Source: Balanoglossus misakiensis (taxonomy: Eukaryota > Animalia > Hemichordata). From it: DNA of 64,000 nt. Each line of letters begins with the position of its first letter. Within the stretch, counting starts at the first letter, position 1. Under the pieces are notes generated by a model that had not been told where the DNA came from, made no database searches, and worked only from the letters and a program-made list of their open reading frames with translations. The translations under genes and the position numbers were made by a program. The stretch covers positions 10,180,894 to 10,244,893 of the forward strand of contig CM082589.2 of NCBI GenBank assembly GCA_040954595.2. The letters are read 5' to 3'. Positions 1-11,594 of the stretch are shown here, one piece after another.

Positions 1-42
1 TTGCAAACATTTCCTGTCACAGAAATTTCCCGTTTTACAGTA
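1..42. mobile_element. Right end of a TA-flanked (CTGTAAA...TTTACAG) MITE, cut by the window edge
   Basis: 'aaatttcccgttttacag|ta' matches the right end of the copy at 22285-22490. Confidence 0.5.
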
Positions 43-75
43 TATAAATAAATCAACTAAATATTTTTACTACAG

Positions 76-337
76 GTGCCGCACCAACAAGTCATCTGTC
101 ACTTGGACAACCAAGTCAAATTGGAAGTCAGTCTCCACAACAACTGTCATCCTCTCAACAGTAATTGACTCAACCAAGTCAGCCCCAGATGCAGGGCCAA
201 GGTCAAAGGTCATCAATGCCTTTTGGTCAGCCTACCAGTTTACCCAACCAACCAGTATCCGCTGTCACAGCAAACAGGACACAACAACCAAATGTGACTG
301 TTTCATTTATCCCATTGAGACAATTTTCATCACCCAG
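76..337 (+). pseudogene. Gln/Pro/Ser-rich exon of decayed gene
   Basis: Acceptor tttttactacag|G, donor CCCAG|gtacag. Reads AAPTSHLSLGQPSQIGSQSPQQLSSSQQ*LTQPSQPQMQGQ... with in-frame TAA at 162-164. Its 3' phase does not match the next exon. Confidence 0.6.
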
Positions 338-763
338 GTACAGTTGTGGTCTACCTTCTACTTTATTATATAATAAAATAGCCGTTTCTAGTTACCCATC
401 CTGTGAATTGAAAGCTTTTTATGACTGTTTCACATAGCCTTGTCTAACCATTATCTTTACAGTTGACTATTGTTTCAAAACAAATTCAAAACTTCTGTTT
501 TGGTTGCTAGAAACCCACTCTGTAAATGCTAAGACTTTTTTGGATAATGCCACAGACTCAGTAATCAAATTCAATTTTTAATGTGATTAATGTTGATAAG
601 CCCTAAAACTCAATCCCATCCAAATGTGTGTTGAAAATAGGACTTTGAGAGTTGCAAGCTCAACATCGAATCAAAAATTGCAGTCATGAATTAAAAATGG
701 GGTTTTGAATACTGGCCTTGATAATGCTCCATATTAACTAGGTTTGTTAATCTTTTTGGACAG

Positions 764-947
764 GCAACTTCACCTCCAAAGATGACTTCCCAGCAGGCAC
801 CAGCTGCTGCACTGAAAGCCACAGAGGGTGTCATGCAAATGGCAAATGCTAGTCAGTTCAGTAAGATGCCACCAATTGCTGCTGTGAATTCTATCAACTC
901 ACAGCCACAGGAGAGATGGCCAGGTACAGATTCACAGCCACAAAGAG
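764..947 (+). pseudogene. Low-complexity Q/P/S/A-rich exon (phase 0 to 1)
   Basis: Acceptor tttttggacag|GCA, donor AGAG|gtaggt. Open frame ATSPPKMTSQQAPAAALKATEGVMQ...QPQR; the phase-1 end fits the following EGF exon. Confidence 0.65.
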
Positions 948-954
948 GTAGGTA

Positions 955-1287
955 CAGTCAAACCTGTCTATACTGGCCAGACAGGGGACTTTCCTAGCTG
1001 GCCTTTATAGAAAGGTGGCCTCTACAGTCAGGTCATTTAATGTGCAATGTGTAATATATTGCTATATTATTGTGGGCTTATACCAGAGTGATTAGACGAC
1101 ACAGGACATGTGTGTACAAACTAGACAGCCATGCTGTTTTTTTATTGCCAACTGCACATGCTCACTCGTTCAGCCTCGTACACTGCAAATTTATACATAA
1201 CAGTAAATACCAATACCTAACACAATGTATATGGACTGTAACAGAGTAGCCACTATATAGAGGTGGCACCTAACACGGGTTTGACTG
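955..1287. mobile_element. Tc1/mariner-pogo-type MITE (TA|CAGTCAAACC...GGTTTGACTG|TA)
   Basis: Terminal inverted repeats with TA flanks; same family at 17804-17988 and 18447-18616. Confidence 0.7.
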
Positions 1288-1537
1288 TAACATCTGTTAT
1301 GTTGCCATGGCAGTCATTTACTGTTAATTTGATTATACAGAGGAAAAAATATTCCAGTTCCCTTTCTTATATCCTCATATCAGTGGCAGAGTACGCCAGT
1401 GTCACTGTAAAATTTTGTCGACATTTTTGCTAAGTTAGCTGTAGTAGCTGTTGGCTATTTTTTCTGTATTTTTAATCCAAGGAATTAAAGTGAATTCAAT
1501 GCTTGTAAATAATTTCTAATTTCTTCTTACCCTCCAG

Positions 1538-1660
1538 ATATGAATGAATGTCACAGTGGTGGATATGCATGTCAACACTATTGTCAGAATACCCATGGTA
1601 GTTATCTCTGCACTTGCAGACCAGGATTCTATCTGCTGGAGGATGGCCATGCATGTGCCG
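1538..1660 (+). pseudogene. Calcium-binding EGF exon 1 (locally intact, phase 1-1)
   Basis: ctccag|AT...GCCG|gtatgt, 123 nt; (D)MNECHSGGYACQHYCQNTHGSYLCTCRPGFYLLEDGHACA with 6 Cys and D-x-N-E-C / N-T-x-G-S-Y motifs. Confidence 0.9.
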
Positions 1661-2380
1661 GTATGTAACTGTGGATATTGATATCTTCTGTGGCTACATT
1701 GTTTGGGGATTGTATATTGCTACGGTTACAATCAGCTAAACACACATCCTGTCTGTCCATTGCACACATTTTAAAATTTGAAATCAACCGCACACTCGTA
1801 CTGAACACATGTTTGTTGAAATTGTATCTCAGAATTTTTCCAATTATAATTATGCATAATATAAACAAATTAACAAATGTGAAAACTTATCTTTGAAAAT
1901 TTGTTTGCAAGGGAGAAAAAGTAATCTGTATTTTAAAAATCAGACAAAGTTTTGCTGACAGGGTACACAAGTTTCAGGGGATTTTGTTAAAATGAGAATG
2001 ATAGAGAGTGTTAAAATTCCTAGAAAGGGATCGCCATGGATATTGAGGACTTTGGTGTAAAAACAATTAATTGATCAAGAAATATGTGGTTAAGAATATG
2101 TGTCATCAACCTCACACGATACTATAAGACTGTCTGATATATTCATGTACAAGTATTTTCACTACTTATTTGCATAATTTAATGAAATTAGCATAAATTA
2201 TCAACCTATAGCTAAATAAATTACCTCTGCAAAGAATAAATATACACTTAGAAAATTCATATAGTTTTCATCTCATTTTAAAGACATTACAAAATGCTTC
2301 TCTGAGGGTACAGTAATTTTTAACGGGTATATTCTTGATAACTCATCACCATGAATGAGCATTTCAAAACTTAACAAGGC

Positions 2381-2594
2381 CAGTGTACGAAATAAAGCCT
2401 GTCCGACAGTCCGAGACTGGTTGTTTTTCTGTAGGACTGGTAAAAATAAAATGTTACCAGTCCGACAGACAGGTTGAATTTAGCGTGGGAGTTGACTAGT
2501 GGTATCATGGCATCTTTTAGACTTTCCCAGGTTCATGTATTGCAATTAAAAGAAACAATGACTGCTTGATATTTCCTATGAATTTCGAACACTG
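2381..2594. mobile_element. MITE with CAGTG termini and 7-bp TSD (P- or hAT-like)
   Basis: TIR cagtgtacgaaat / atttcgaacactg; ACAAGGC directly repeated on both flanks. Confidence 0.7.
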
Positions 2595-2915
2595 ACAAGG
2601 CATATGGCTAAATAGGATTCAGTGTTTGTGCACCTTCTATCCACAATGCTGGATCTATTGACAGTTTTCAAAGGGGTTTAAAGACTCGTCTTTTTATTCA
2701 GCACTATTTCATTCCATTGCTTTTTTGGTTTATAGGGATTGTCTTTCAGAACTGTTTCTGTTTGTTTGGGGTTTTTAAGTGTAATTTTTTATCCTTTAAG
2801 CTTTCACTTGTTTTCTAATTTTATTATTTTCTGTAGAAGATGTATGTGTATTACATTTGTTAGGAAATAAATAATAATAAAATAAATAAATAATAATAAC
2901 TATCTTTGATTTCAG

Positions 2916-3032
2916 ATGTCAATGAATATATGGAGAGAGCAGATCTTTGTGAAGGCCAGTGTGTGAATACAGCAGGCTCTTTTTATTTCACTTGTGCTGT
3001 GGAATATTGATTGGTCAATGGAGAGTGTACAG
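2916..3032 (+). pseudogene. Degenerate calcium-binding EGF exon 2
   Basis: ttcag|AT...ACAG|gtaaga; (D)VNEYMERADLCEGQCVNTAGSFYFTCAVEY*LVNGECT: Cys1->Tyr, Cys4->Phe, in-frame TGA. Confidence 0.9.
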
Positions 3033-3046
3033 GTAAGATCAACACA

Positions 3047-3422
3047 ATATAGAAATAATGCACGACGCCATGACCATTAATGTTTGTTTATGGGCAAGGG
3101 CGAGGGGAAAGCCAAAAATTCATGGGCGAGGCTTCCGAGCCCATTAATTTTAGCTTAGCTAGAGCCCGAGCCCTGCATTTATTTCCATTACATTACCAGC
3201 AATCTCAAGAAAACCGTCAATATTTCTGAAAATGTCCCACACACAAGACTTGGGGCCCCGGAACTTGTGTTATGCAAAATGTTGTGTTCACTGAACTGTT
3301 TGCTAATATTACTATTCAGATTTACGGGCATGTAAACAAACCATTACTGGGTATTTGTGGTCAGTGATGTCGTTCATCTTGACCAATTAAAATGCGACGC
3401 ACAGACCACGGTAATATAATAT
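3047..3422. mobile_element. Non-autonomous Crypton-like element with nested inverted repeats
   Basis: Left end aaataatgca pairs with internal tgcatttattt; internal attacattacc pairs with right end ggtaatataat; central gggcgaggcttccgagccc hairpin. Confidence 0.45.
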
Positions 3423-5361
3423 GTGGGCAACGAAAGGTCCTGTATCTGTAATTTTTGAATTTTTATTCAGTATTATTCTGGTTGTCAACGATCATTTCAG
3501 CTCGGTGAAGCTGGGTAAGCAATGTTGTTATTGTTTAAACATTGTATTCAAGCCTGTGTCTGGACTTGGATGCAATTTGTCAATAATAACAGTGATTGGT
3601 AACTGCATGTTTACATAACTGGCTATCTGTTAAAGAGACCATTTGCTGTGTGTACAGTACACATGCCATTGGCCGCTTATGGGTCAGCCAGTGTTTGCCT
3701 GTTAATCTCTCGATGTGTGTTATTCTGTCTGTACAGTCAGATCGCACGGTACTCATTAACATATGTTAATGAGGGAAAGTACTTCAAACCATGTAGCTGT
3801 TAGAGTGGGCCCCGCTGAAGGGTCGCAAAATAGGCCATTTTTTACGCGACATTATAGAGCTGATTTCAGGCGAGGAGGACTGTGTACAAAATTGAGTATA
3901 GACAACTCAGGTTTTAAAGGATGTTTCATCATTTCCACTGTGTCAACGTCACTACATCCTTGCTATGAGAAAAAGCCATCCCTTGTGTACTTCGTGCTTA
4001 TCACGGGCAAACAATTTGTTTAAAATCCCTAATTTTGAAATGGTGCAAACATTTCACCAACAAACTAACACACCATTTGCCCTTACTCAAGACAGCCTGA
4101 TTTGTTTGAAATGTTATAAAACATTTGTTGCTTTAGCGGAAAAAGCCAGGTGTAGTATTCAACAAGGCTTAATTATGTCGAGTGATATAGCACTTGCTGA
4201 AGAAATTAAAAAATATGTCACAATGCTACAATAAAGGATGCAGCTGTGACGACGACTTGGTGAATTTTGCATGCTGGAAAACTGTTGTCTTTTTAGGAGA
4301 AGTGCTCCTCAGAAAACATGCCATTCTATTGTTTGATGTCAGGCAATATTTCAATGATTGTTTAGACAATGAATATCAGACTTTGCGACCCAATGTCAAG
4401 TTACAACGAGTGGAATTCCACAGAAAACCTAATAGCTGGCTTATTCGGGAATTGCTATGTGTGTATTTTCCAATTCACCTTTCTGTTGTATCAAAAGTGA
4501 GTAGAAAGTTCTCCACCTTTTTGTACCGAACAGGTTCAGATCTCACTATTGCCCTCCAAAATGCACTTGTCGAACATCCTCAGTATGTTGTGCAAGCTGA
4601 GAAACAGATAGAGAGGCTTGAAAAGCAAGTAAGAGACTTGAGTAAAGTTGACGTTGACTTTATCAAAATGCTTGATTTGGTGGCTGTGAAATTAAATGCC
4701 AGCATTTATCAGCAATCTCAAGAATTCAGTAATTACTGCAAAACAAACAATGTTGATCTGAGTACACTTGATGTTGAATATATTGTCAGTGAGGTTGACC
4801 CTATGTTATGGAACACTGTTGTATATTTAACGTTGAACAACAGTGAACGCAATAAATTAAAAAGCTCCAACTTTGTATGGAATAAACACAACTATGGATT
4901 TTATGACCGGCACTCTATGGAGAGTAGAGCATGATTCCTCAGGCGTTTCTTTTGTGTGTATGCTATTGTTCATTTGTTCTGATCATTGTACTTACCCATT
5001 GCATACTTACCTGGCTGACATTGTTGAAGGTTATAGTAAGTCATCTACTCTAGTGAAAATTCTAAATTGATTTGGTATTATTTGTTCTGGAGATACATTG
5101 CATAGATACATGTTGGGAGTGATCAACAAAAGAACATCAGCTGATTTCACAGAGGAAAATATTGCAAATAATGCATTTTGTTTAACTTCCATTGACAATA
5201 TTGATAAATCAGCTAAATATGCAGCTGTTAGAGCTGATCCAAAGGACAGAGGTTTCCACGGTACTTCTTATCGAATGGTCCAACCAAAATCAAAGTCAAT
5301 TCTGAACAGTATTGATGATATTGTTTTTGGCAGTCATGACAAACATTCAACTGTCAAAGAT

Positions 5362-5697
5362 TTTCAGCTAATCAACATTTATGGTGATGGAAGGTGCTTT
5401 TTCAGGAGCATCTCTGTGAGAAATGATTTTGCATTACGAAATTGTGATCGTCTACTTAATGGACTCCCTTCTGACCCAATTTTAGCTGACCGAGAGAAAA
5501 TATTCACAGACAAGTTAAGAGCAGATACAGTAGACATAATGCGTGCCAATCATATATACTTTGAAGGACATATATACACCAAGCAGAATGATATATTTGC
5601 AAGAGGTGATGGTGATGTGTTCTCCAAGACTGAGCCTGTCTGTCTCTTGTACACACCAGACAGGCCAGGTCAACCAGGCCATTATGATTTGCTTCTT
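5362..5697 (+). other. OTU-family cysteine protease (deubiquitinase-like) domain in frame within the transposase
   Basis: FQLINIYGDGRCFFRSIS (D 5386, C 5395) ... DKLRADTVD ... PVCLLY..GQPGHYDLLL (H 5680). The central W-G-x-x-E segment appears to be missing. Confidence 0.75.
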
Positions 5698-5963
5698 AAC
5701 AGGCAGTTAATTAAAAGAAAAGATAGTCTGGTGAGTGAAAATGCAAAGAATTCATTTGAACGGTGTCAGGAATTAAACAGTGGCTTTTGTTCACAAAATA
5801 CAGTAGACTCTGAAATGAATAAAATTTTGGCCAATTTTCCTTGTGGAAATAATACTAAAATCATGGTTGACAGATCTATCTCAAAAAATACTGGTACAGG
5901 TTTGAGTGCACCTGTGAGTAAAGCCTGTACATTTACGGAGAAAAAATTCAATGATACTGTTCA

Positions 5964-7678
5964 TTTTTTTTTTTTTTTTTATTTCCATTCATTTAATCTT
6001 ACATGTATCATAAAGATAAATCGTGTTTTGATGAAATAAATAAATAAATAAATAAATAAAAAATAATACTATATAAAAAGAGATTCACCAGGTACATTTG
6101 TTTAACAAAATAATTACATCTCAGACGGAAGCAAGGATTTTCTTCCAATAATGGGTGAAATCTAGATTATTATTCCTTTTGAGTATTTGGTGCATAAATT
6201 GTAGATATCTGTAAAATATATCGAAATTGGTTTTTGCTCTAATGCTGTTAATATCATGTTGTAAATGGACCCATGAAGCGAATACACAATACTTTGCAAT
6301 AGTAATGACAATGTTTACAAATCTATAAAGAGGATGACTGTACATAGTTTTGTAACCAAGAATAATAGTTTCTAAGTCGACCTCATGACATATGCCAAGT
6401 TTGCTGAGCAAAGCAGATAAACGCTGCCAAAAATCCCCTAAACGTTGACATTTTAAAAATAGATGCTCATAAGAATCAGTTACATTTCAAAGACAACATA
6501 GATCATTTTTACTAATTTTCCATCTTAAAAGATTGATGCCACATGGCAAAATGTTATGCATAATCTTAAAGTTAAATTCAGCAAGTTTCCTATCACAACA
6601 CAATCCAGTCGTTTGGTTAACCCATATAGTTCTCCACTGTAGTGGAGTAGTCATGGTCAAACGACGATTCCATGTATTTTCACAATATGGACGAATAAAA
6701 CGATTTTGCACAAAAATACTGTAAAAAATTTTGAAGTAAGGCGAGACAGATCATTAGGTAAAACAAAAACTTTTCCATTGACATGAAGAAAATTCTTTTC
6801 TCTACGCATCTGATGCAACTGAGTACCTTTCAACACAGACTTCCATTCTCTGGGAATAAGATTCCGCAACTTCATCCATTCAACTATCCAATTTGACTTA
6901 TTCTCGAGTTTTTGTAACAACAGTGTAGGTGGAAGAAAATCGCCGTTGGTATCGACAATGTCCTGGACATAGATAATATTTGAGTGAATCCAACCAGGGA
7001 AAAAAAGAGTCTTACCATTATCTGAAATGTTGACATTACCCCAGATAATTTGATTACGCACATCTAAATTACTGAGTTTGGAGAAAGTGACGCAACCACC
7101 TTTTGCACTATGCCAAGCTGAAATTACTTGTTTATAGAAAAAGGGAATTCTCTCGAGAAATGGGAAACAGGAAATGTTGCTAAAATTGAAATGAAAAATA
7201 AGAAAATCTGGACCATAGTGCCCGAGCCAATGCAGTGGCAAGGCCTTCCATTTGGCAGAGGAATTGTCACATAATCTACGAACCCATGATGAACAAAAGG
7301 CGTCATGGATGGCAAAAATGTCAGGCATGTTTAGTCCCCCGCAATCATAAGGGGCAATGAGTGTGAGCCTTTTGATTTTGTCTGGCTTGTCATTCCACAG
7401 AAATTTGAAAATAAGACGGTTGATATTCGTGAGCCACGTTTCAAAAGCACCAAGATTAAGCATAAGGTAGTAAATTGTGGGCAGTGCCAAAGACTTTAAA
7501 ACCGTAATTTTGCCATAAAGGCTCAGCTTACGTCGTGACCAGATGTTGAGCACGCTTTTAAGCCTTTCAATTTTCTTTTCCCATTTCAAAAGTAGACATT
7601 TCAGTCGATCGTATCCAAAGAAAACCCCAAGGGATTTTATAGGCTGTTGCTCCCACATAAAACCCCCAGGTTTATCAT
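5964..7678 (-). mobile_element. 5'-truncated Tx1/L1-clade non-LTR retrotransposon (ORF2 C-terminal part with zf-RVT)
   Basis: PIKSLGV..WSRRKLSLYGKITVLKSL..FLW..GGLNMPD..FKIMHNILP..CCL..EHLFLKC..FW; poly(A) tail seen as T-run 5964-5980; 13-bp TSD ATGATACTGTTCA at 5951-5963 and 7679-7691. Confidence 0.92.
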
Positions 7679-8205
7679 ATGATACTGTTCATGATGATGT
7701 AGTATTTAATTAAACCACCTCTACTGAGACAACATCAACCACAGTCATCAATTTCGCTGTCAGATTTTGACATTAAACAAGAAGAAGCCATTGCTTGGTC
7801 AGAACTGTTTTCTGACGCATTCATTTTTGCTCTACAAAAAATACAATGCACAGAGCTGATATAGAAACAGTATTTGGGGATTTTAAATCAACATTAGCAA
7901 CAACTGCTAACAGTAATGACAGTGAATGCTCAAATGTCATTTATTTGGGCATATCAAGTGAACACGCAGACTCTATTGAAACTGTCCATAACATTATCAA
8001 TAAGCTGTATATGTTACATTCAGAGTTGGTGTAAGAATAAAATACCTGGTTGTGGTTGGTGATGGGAAAACTTTCCATCACCTGATAAAGTTAAAAGACA
8101 TGTATGGTGCAGATTTAGACTGGTTGCAGCCTTTTATCGGAGACTGGCATACTCTAAAAAATTACCAACCAGTCATCATGAAAATATTCTGGGATGCTGA
8201 CTTAA

Positions 8206-9001
8206 GATGGGTCCCTGGGATCTTTTTGCTCGTTGCTATGGGCCTTTATAGGACATTACACCCCGATTTGGACTAAGCCGTTTTCAGAGTCTAACAAGGG
8301 GCTGGTAACTAGTTGAAAATCTGCACGATTGTGTGCACACCCCATGTCCGAGTATGTTTACGGCAGCTACCGCCCGGCCATAGGCCGCCACGCTAATACG
8401 GCAAAGCAGCGGTCAGCGATAGCGTGCGCGTCCTGTAACCACAGTAACTGGATCGAACGCTAAAAATCCAATGTTTTGTACACAGAGATTTTGTACCGTT
8501 CACGAAAATCCCTAAGGCTTTTTTCATAGGCCACGTACGCCAGTCAAATTTGACCTGCTTGTTGAGAACGTACTTCCGCACAGTGTGACGGATCGTTTTT
8601 TTCTGTTTTCGTCGTGCTAAGAAGCGATACCGGTGGAAGAGTGCGTCCAAAAACACCCAAAATCGATGACTTTTTCAGATGTGGTACGGGTATGCTGAAA
8701 TCGTAGGATACAACGATAATATTCGAAAACAAAATCCGTCACGATCTTCCCTGGTTCAAGCAACTAATGAATACGTATCAAGTTCGTTTTTGAGGTCACG
8801 GAATAAAAAGCCTTAGGCTTTTGAAATTTGACCTAGCTAATTTGCATATCAATGGCGTCAGGGGGCGCGCGCTCACAATCGTGCAGATTTTCAACTAGTT
8901 ACCAGCCCCTTGTTAGACTCTGAAAACGGCTTAGTCCAAATCGGGGTGTAATGTCCTATAAAGGCCCATAGCAACGAGCAAAAAGATCCTAGGGACCCAT
9001 C
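8206..9001. mobile_element. Young Kolobok-type MITE (TTAA TSD, GA...TC termini, ~128-bp TIRs)
   Basis: TTAA at 8202-8205 and 9002-9005; TIRs differ at one base over ~128 bp. Removal gives an open frame WDADLKHLAGFNHKGG...WERMFRCL. Confidence 0.85.
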
Positions 9002-9335
9002 TTAAAACATCTGGCAGGGTTCAATCATAAAGGGGGAACTTCGGAAACCCTAGTTCAGTGTACAAATTTCAAGCTAACTCATCGCTTCCCAACACAAATT
9101 TGGGAACGTATGTTTAGATGTCTTGTCAATTCCTTTTTGAATCAGAGGGGTGAAACCCATAATACCCAGCACTGTCCCTTAGATACAGAAACAGTCCAAA
9201 AATGTTTACTAGAAGCTGTCACAAAATGTTTGGAATGTACTGAAGATAAAGCTGATCATATTGACAAAATTAATGGTGACCTTAAGGCTCAACTTACTGG
9301 CTTGCAAGAGGAATTTCAGATTTTTTGTGACAGAA

Positions 9336-9950
9336 CATAGTACGATATTTTACCCACAAGTCTCCGTTATTTGTATCATCGAAGGTTGCCCATTTAATAA
9401 CTTTTTCTGTTTTAGATACTAACAATGATATGAAGTACATATAAATCTATTTATTTTTATCTAGGAAAAGTACGTTGAGGAATTAGAATGTAAATTTCAA
9501 AATCAAAATTTAAAAGCCATAGAAATCAAAGTATCAATGTACTGCAAATGTCACACTTTAGGGGAAACAAGCAATGACTAACTGAGGTGGCCAGTCTCTG
9601 TTGAAAGTTAACATGTAAATTTCCATTGTTCTGTCAATAGAAAAAATCAATATCTTTTTGTTTGATTAAACAGGTTTTACAAGTGACCCTGTTTTACTCC
9701 AAACTTTTTTGTATGGCTGGCTATGCAATTGCTTGATTATTTTATAAAATTCGTATCTCCTCTCTCAATAATGCATAATTTTCTAAATCATTTGAAATGG
9801 TAATTGACAATAAGATTCACCTTAAAAGTAAGATCTCAAAATTTATATTAGTGGTGTACAATTCTCTCTACACATGTTAACTTTGCCTGGTTTGACTGAG
9901 TAAATGATTGTACAAATCAGAATGAATCATGGGATATTTCACGTACTGTG
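9336..9950. mobile_element. Transib-like non-autonomous element (CAYAGTACG termini, 5-bp TSD)
   Basis: CAGAA at 9331-9335 and 9951-9955; ends CATAGTACG... / ...CGTACTGTG. Removal fuses ORFs 9110 and 9904 in frame (FCDRRANTDKTFKFW). Confidence 0.8.
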
Positions 9951-10536
9951 CAGAAGGGCAAATACAGACAAAACTTTCAAATTTTGGGTTAGATTTATAG
10001 AGGACGATTTGTTTGCATACATGTCTTTGTACATTGCAATAAGGTCAGGAAATTGGAACCTTCGAATATTGGCTTTGAAACAAATGAACCCACTGTTCCA
10101 TGCATATGACCGATCCCTGTACTTGAGGTTAATTCCCAGACATCTCGCTGACCTTCTGAAGATGCCAAACTCTCTGTTGTTACATTTCAAAGCAGGTGGT
10201 TTTGTTTGCAATTTGTCAGGCTCAACTTGGGTTAATGTAGCACTAGATGAAGCCCATGAAATGTGTGTCAATAAAGATGTTAAAGCTGCATTGCATACTT
10301 CTACAGGTGGGTTAATGGAGAGAATAGCAATTTATTTACCCTATAGAGCTATGGCTGCCAAGAATCTAAAAGATCAGTTATTTCCTTTCCAAAATGAAAC
10401 CCATAATTCAGTTAGCGTACATAAAATAAATGAGTCAAACTGCAGGTTGTATATCAATTGTCTTGAAGGTGCTGATGTATTTTCACCACTTAATACCGCC
10501 AGGGAGCTAACTAATATATTTTCAGATGACACAGCG

Positions 10537-11594
10537 AAAAATAGCGTCAAGGACACTGTGGTCCCATTTGAGGATTATGTAGAAACAGTGACACACCAGA
10601 ATAAAAATTACAGGTGACATTGCAAGCAGATATGATCTTACGATATAGAAATATGGAATGTAAAAACATTAACAAGGAACATGCCCAAAAATTGACCAAA
10701 AATTGTCTGTACAAACACATATGAGAAGCAACTTCTTTCAGTCAGCCCTGGAACAGACAGACAGACAGACACACACACACACACACACACACTGACCTGC
10801 CACTGGTAATTAAAAATTTAATAGCCCATGGTCTCTCTGACAGCTGGCTTATTGAAGTTATGTAAACATGTCTAAGTTGGGGGTAACGACTCCTTGTAAA
10901 CAGTAACTTTCAAAACAACTGGATAATTGGTTAAGGAGAAGATTTGCTAACCAAAAACAAAGAAACTTTCATAAAAACTCGCTAAATATTGAATATTTCT
11001 GATATCAGAATTGAATAAAAGTTGCACATATACATGTATGTGTTATGAAATTATATCCCAAATTTCAAAGCAATCAGAGAAAAAACAAATTTCAAAGCAA
11101 TCAACAAGCAGTTTCACAAAAGATATTTGTTCAAAAGTGGCAAAAACACAAAATTGTACAATACCTTACCTCAATCACTACAAGGAACATGCTGCCAAAG
11201 TTCTATGCAATATGACAAACAGTTTCAGGAAAACAATTTTTGACAAAAATTGCAAAAGTTTCCCCGATAACACATTTATGAAAATATCACATTTTTTACA
11301 ACATATTACTTGACTTACACCTACGAACATGCCTACCAAATTGCAAAGCAATCTGGCATGCGGTTTTAAAGAAAAATAAATTGACCAAAAATGGCAAATA
11401 TTGCTCAAAATTATAAATATGCAAATTTTGCAACAATTTGAACAAAACTATGGTTACTCAGACAACCATTAGGAAGCTTCATGCTAAATTTCAAAGAAGT
11501 AAGCCCATCACTTTCAGAAATGAAGACTTTTTACTAATAACATGGAAAAATACAAAAAAATGCATAAAAAATAGGTAATCAATAATATTAGCTC
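10537..11594 (-). mobile_element. Composite Helentron-type non-autonomous (HINE) insertion replacing part of the Academ ORF
   Basis: End motif aaaaatagcgtcaaggacactgtggtccc, (GACA)n(CA)n microsatellite ~10755-10792, head homologous to 30828-30900, then degenerate caaatttcaaagcaatc repeats. The Academ frame resumes at ~11595 (KTYINCKPNKRKLVNFL). Confidence 0.6.

Noticed and set aside
3423-3900. Left TIR of the Academ element (tagctgttagagtgggccc...) pairing with sequence at 13.1-14.8 kb
   Set aside because: No convincing inverted match or TSD found by eye; termini left unresolved.
9336-9950. Complete 12/23 recombination signal pair
   Set aside because: Only heptamer-like ends are present; there is no ACAAAAACC-like nonamer at the right spacing.
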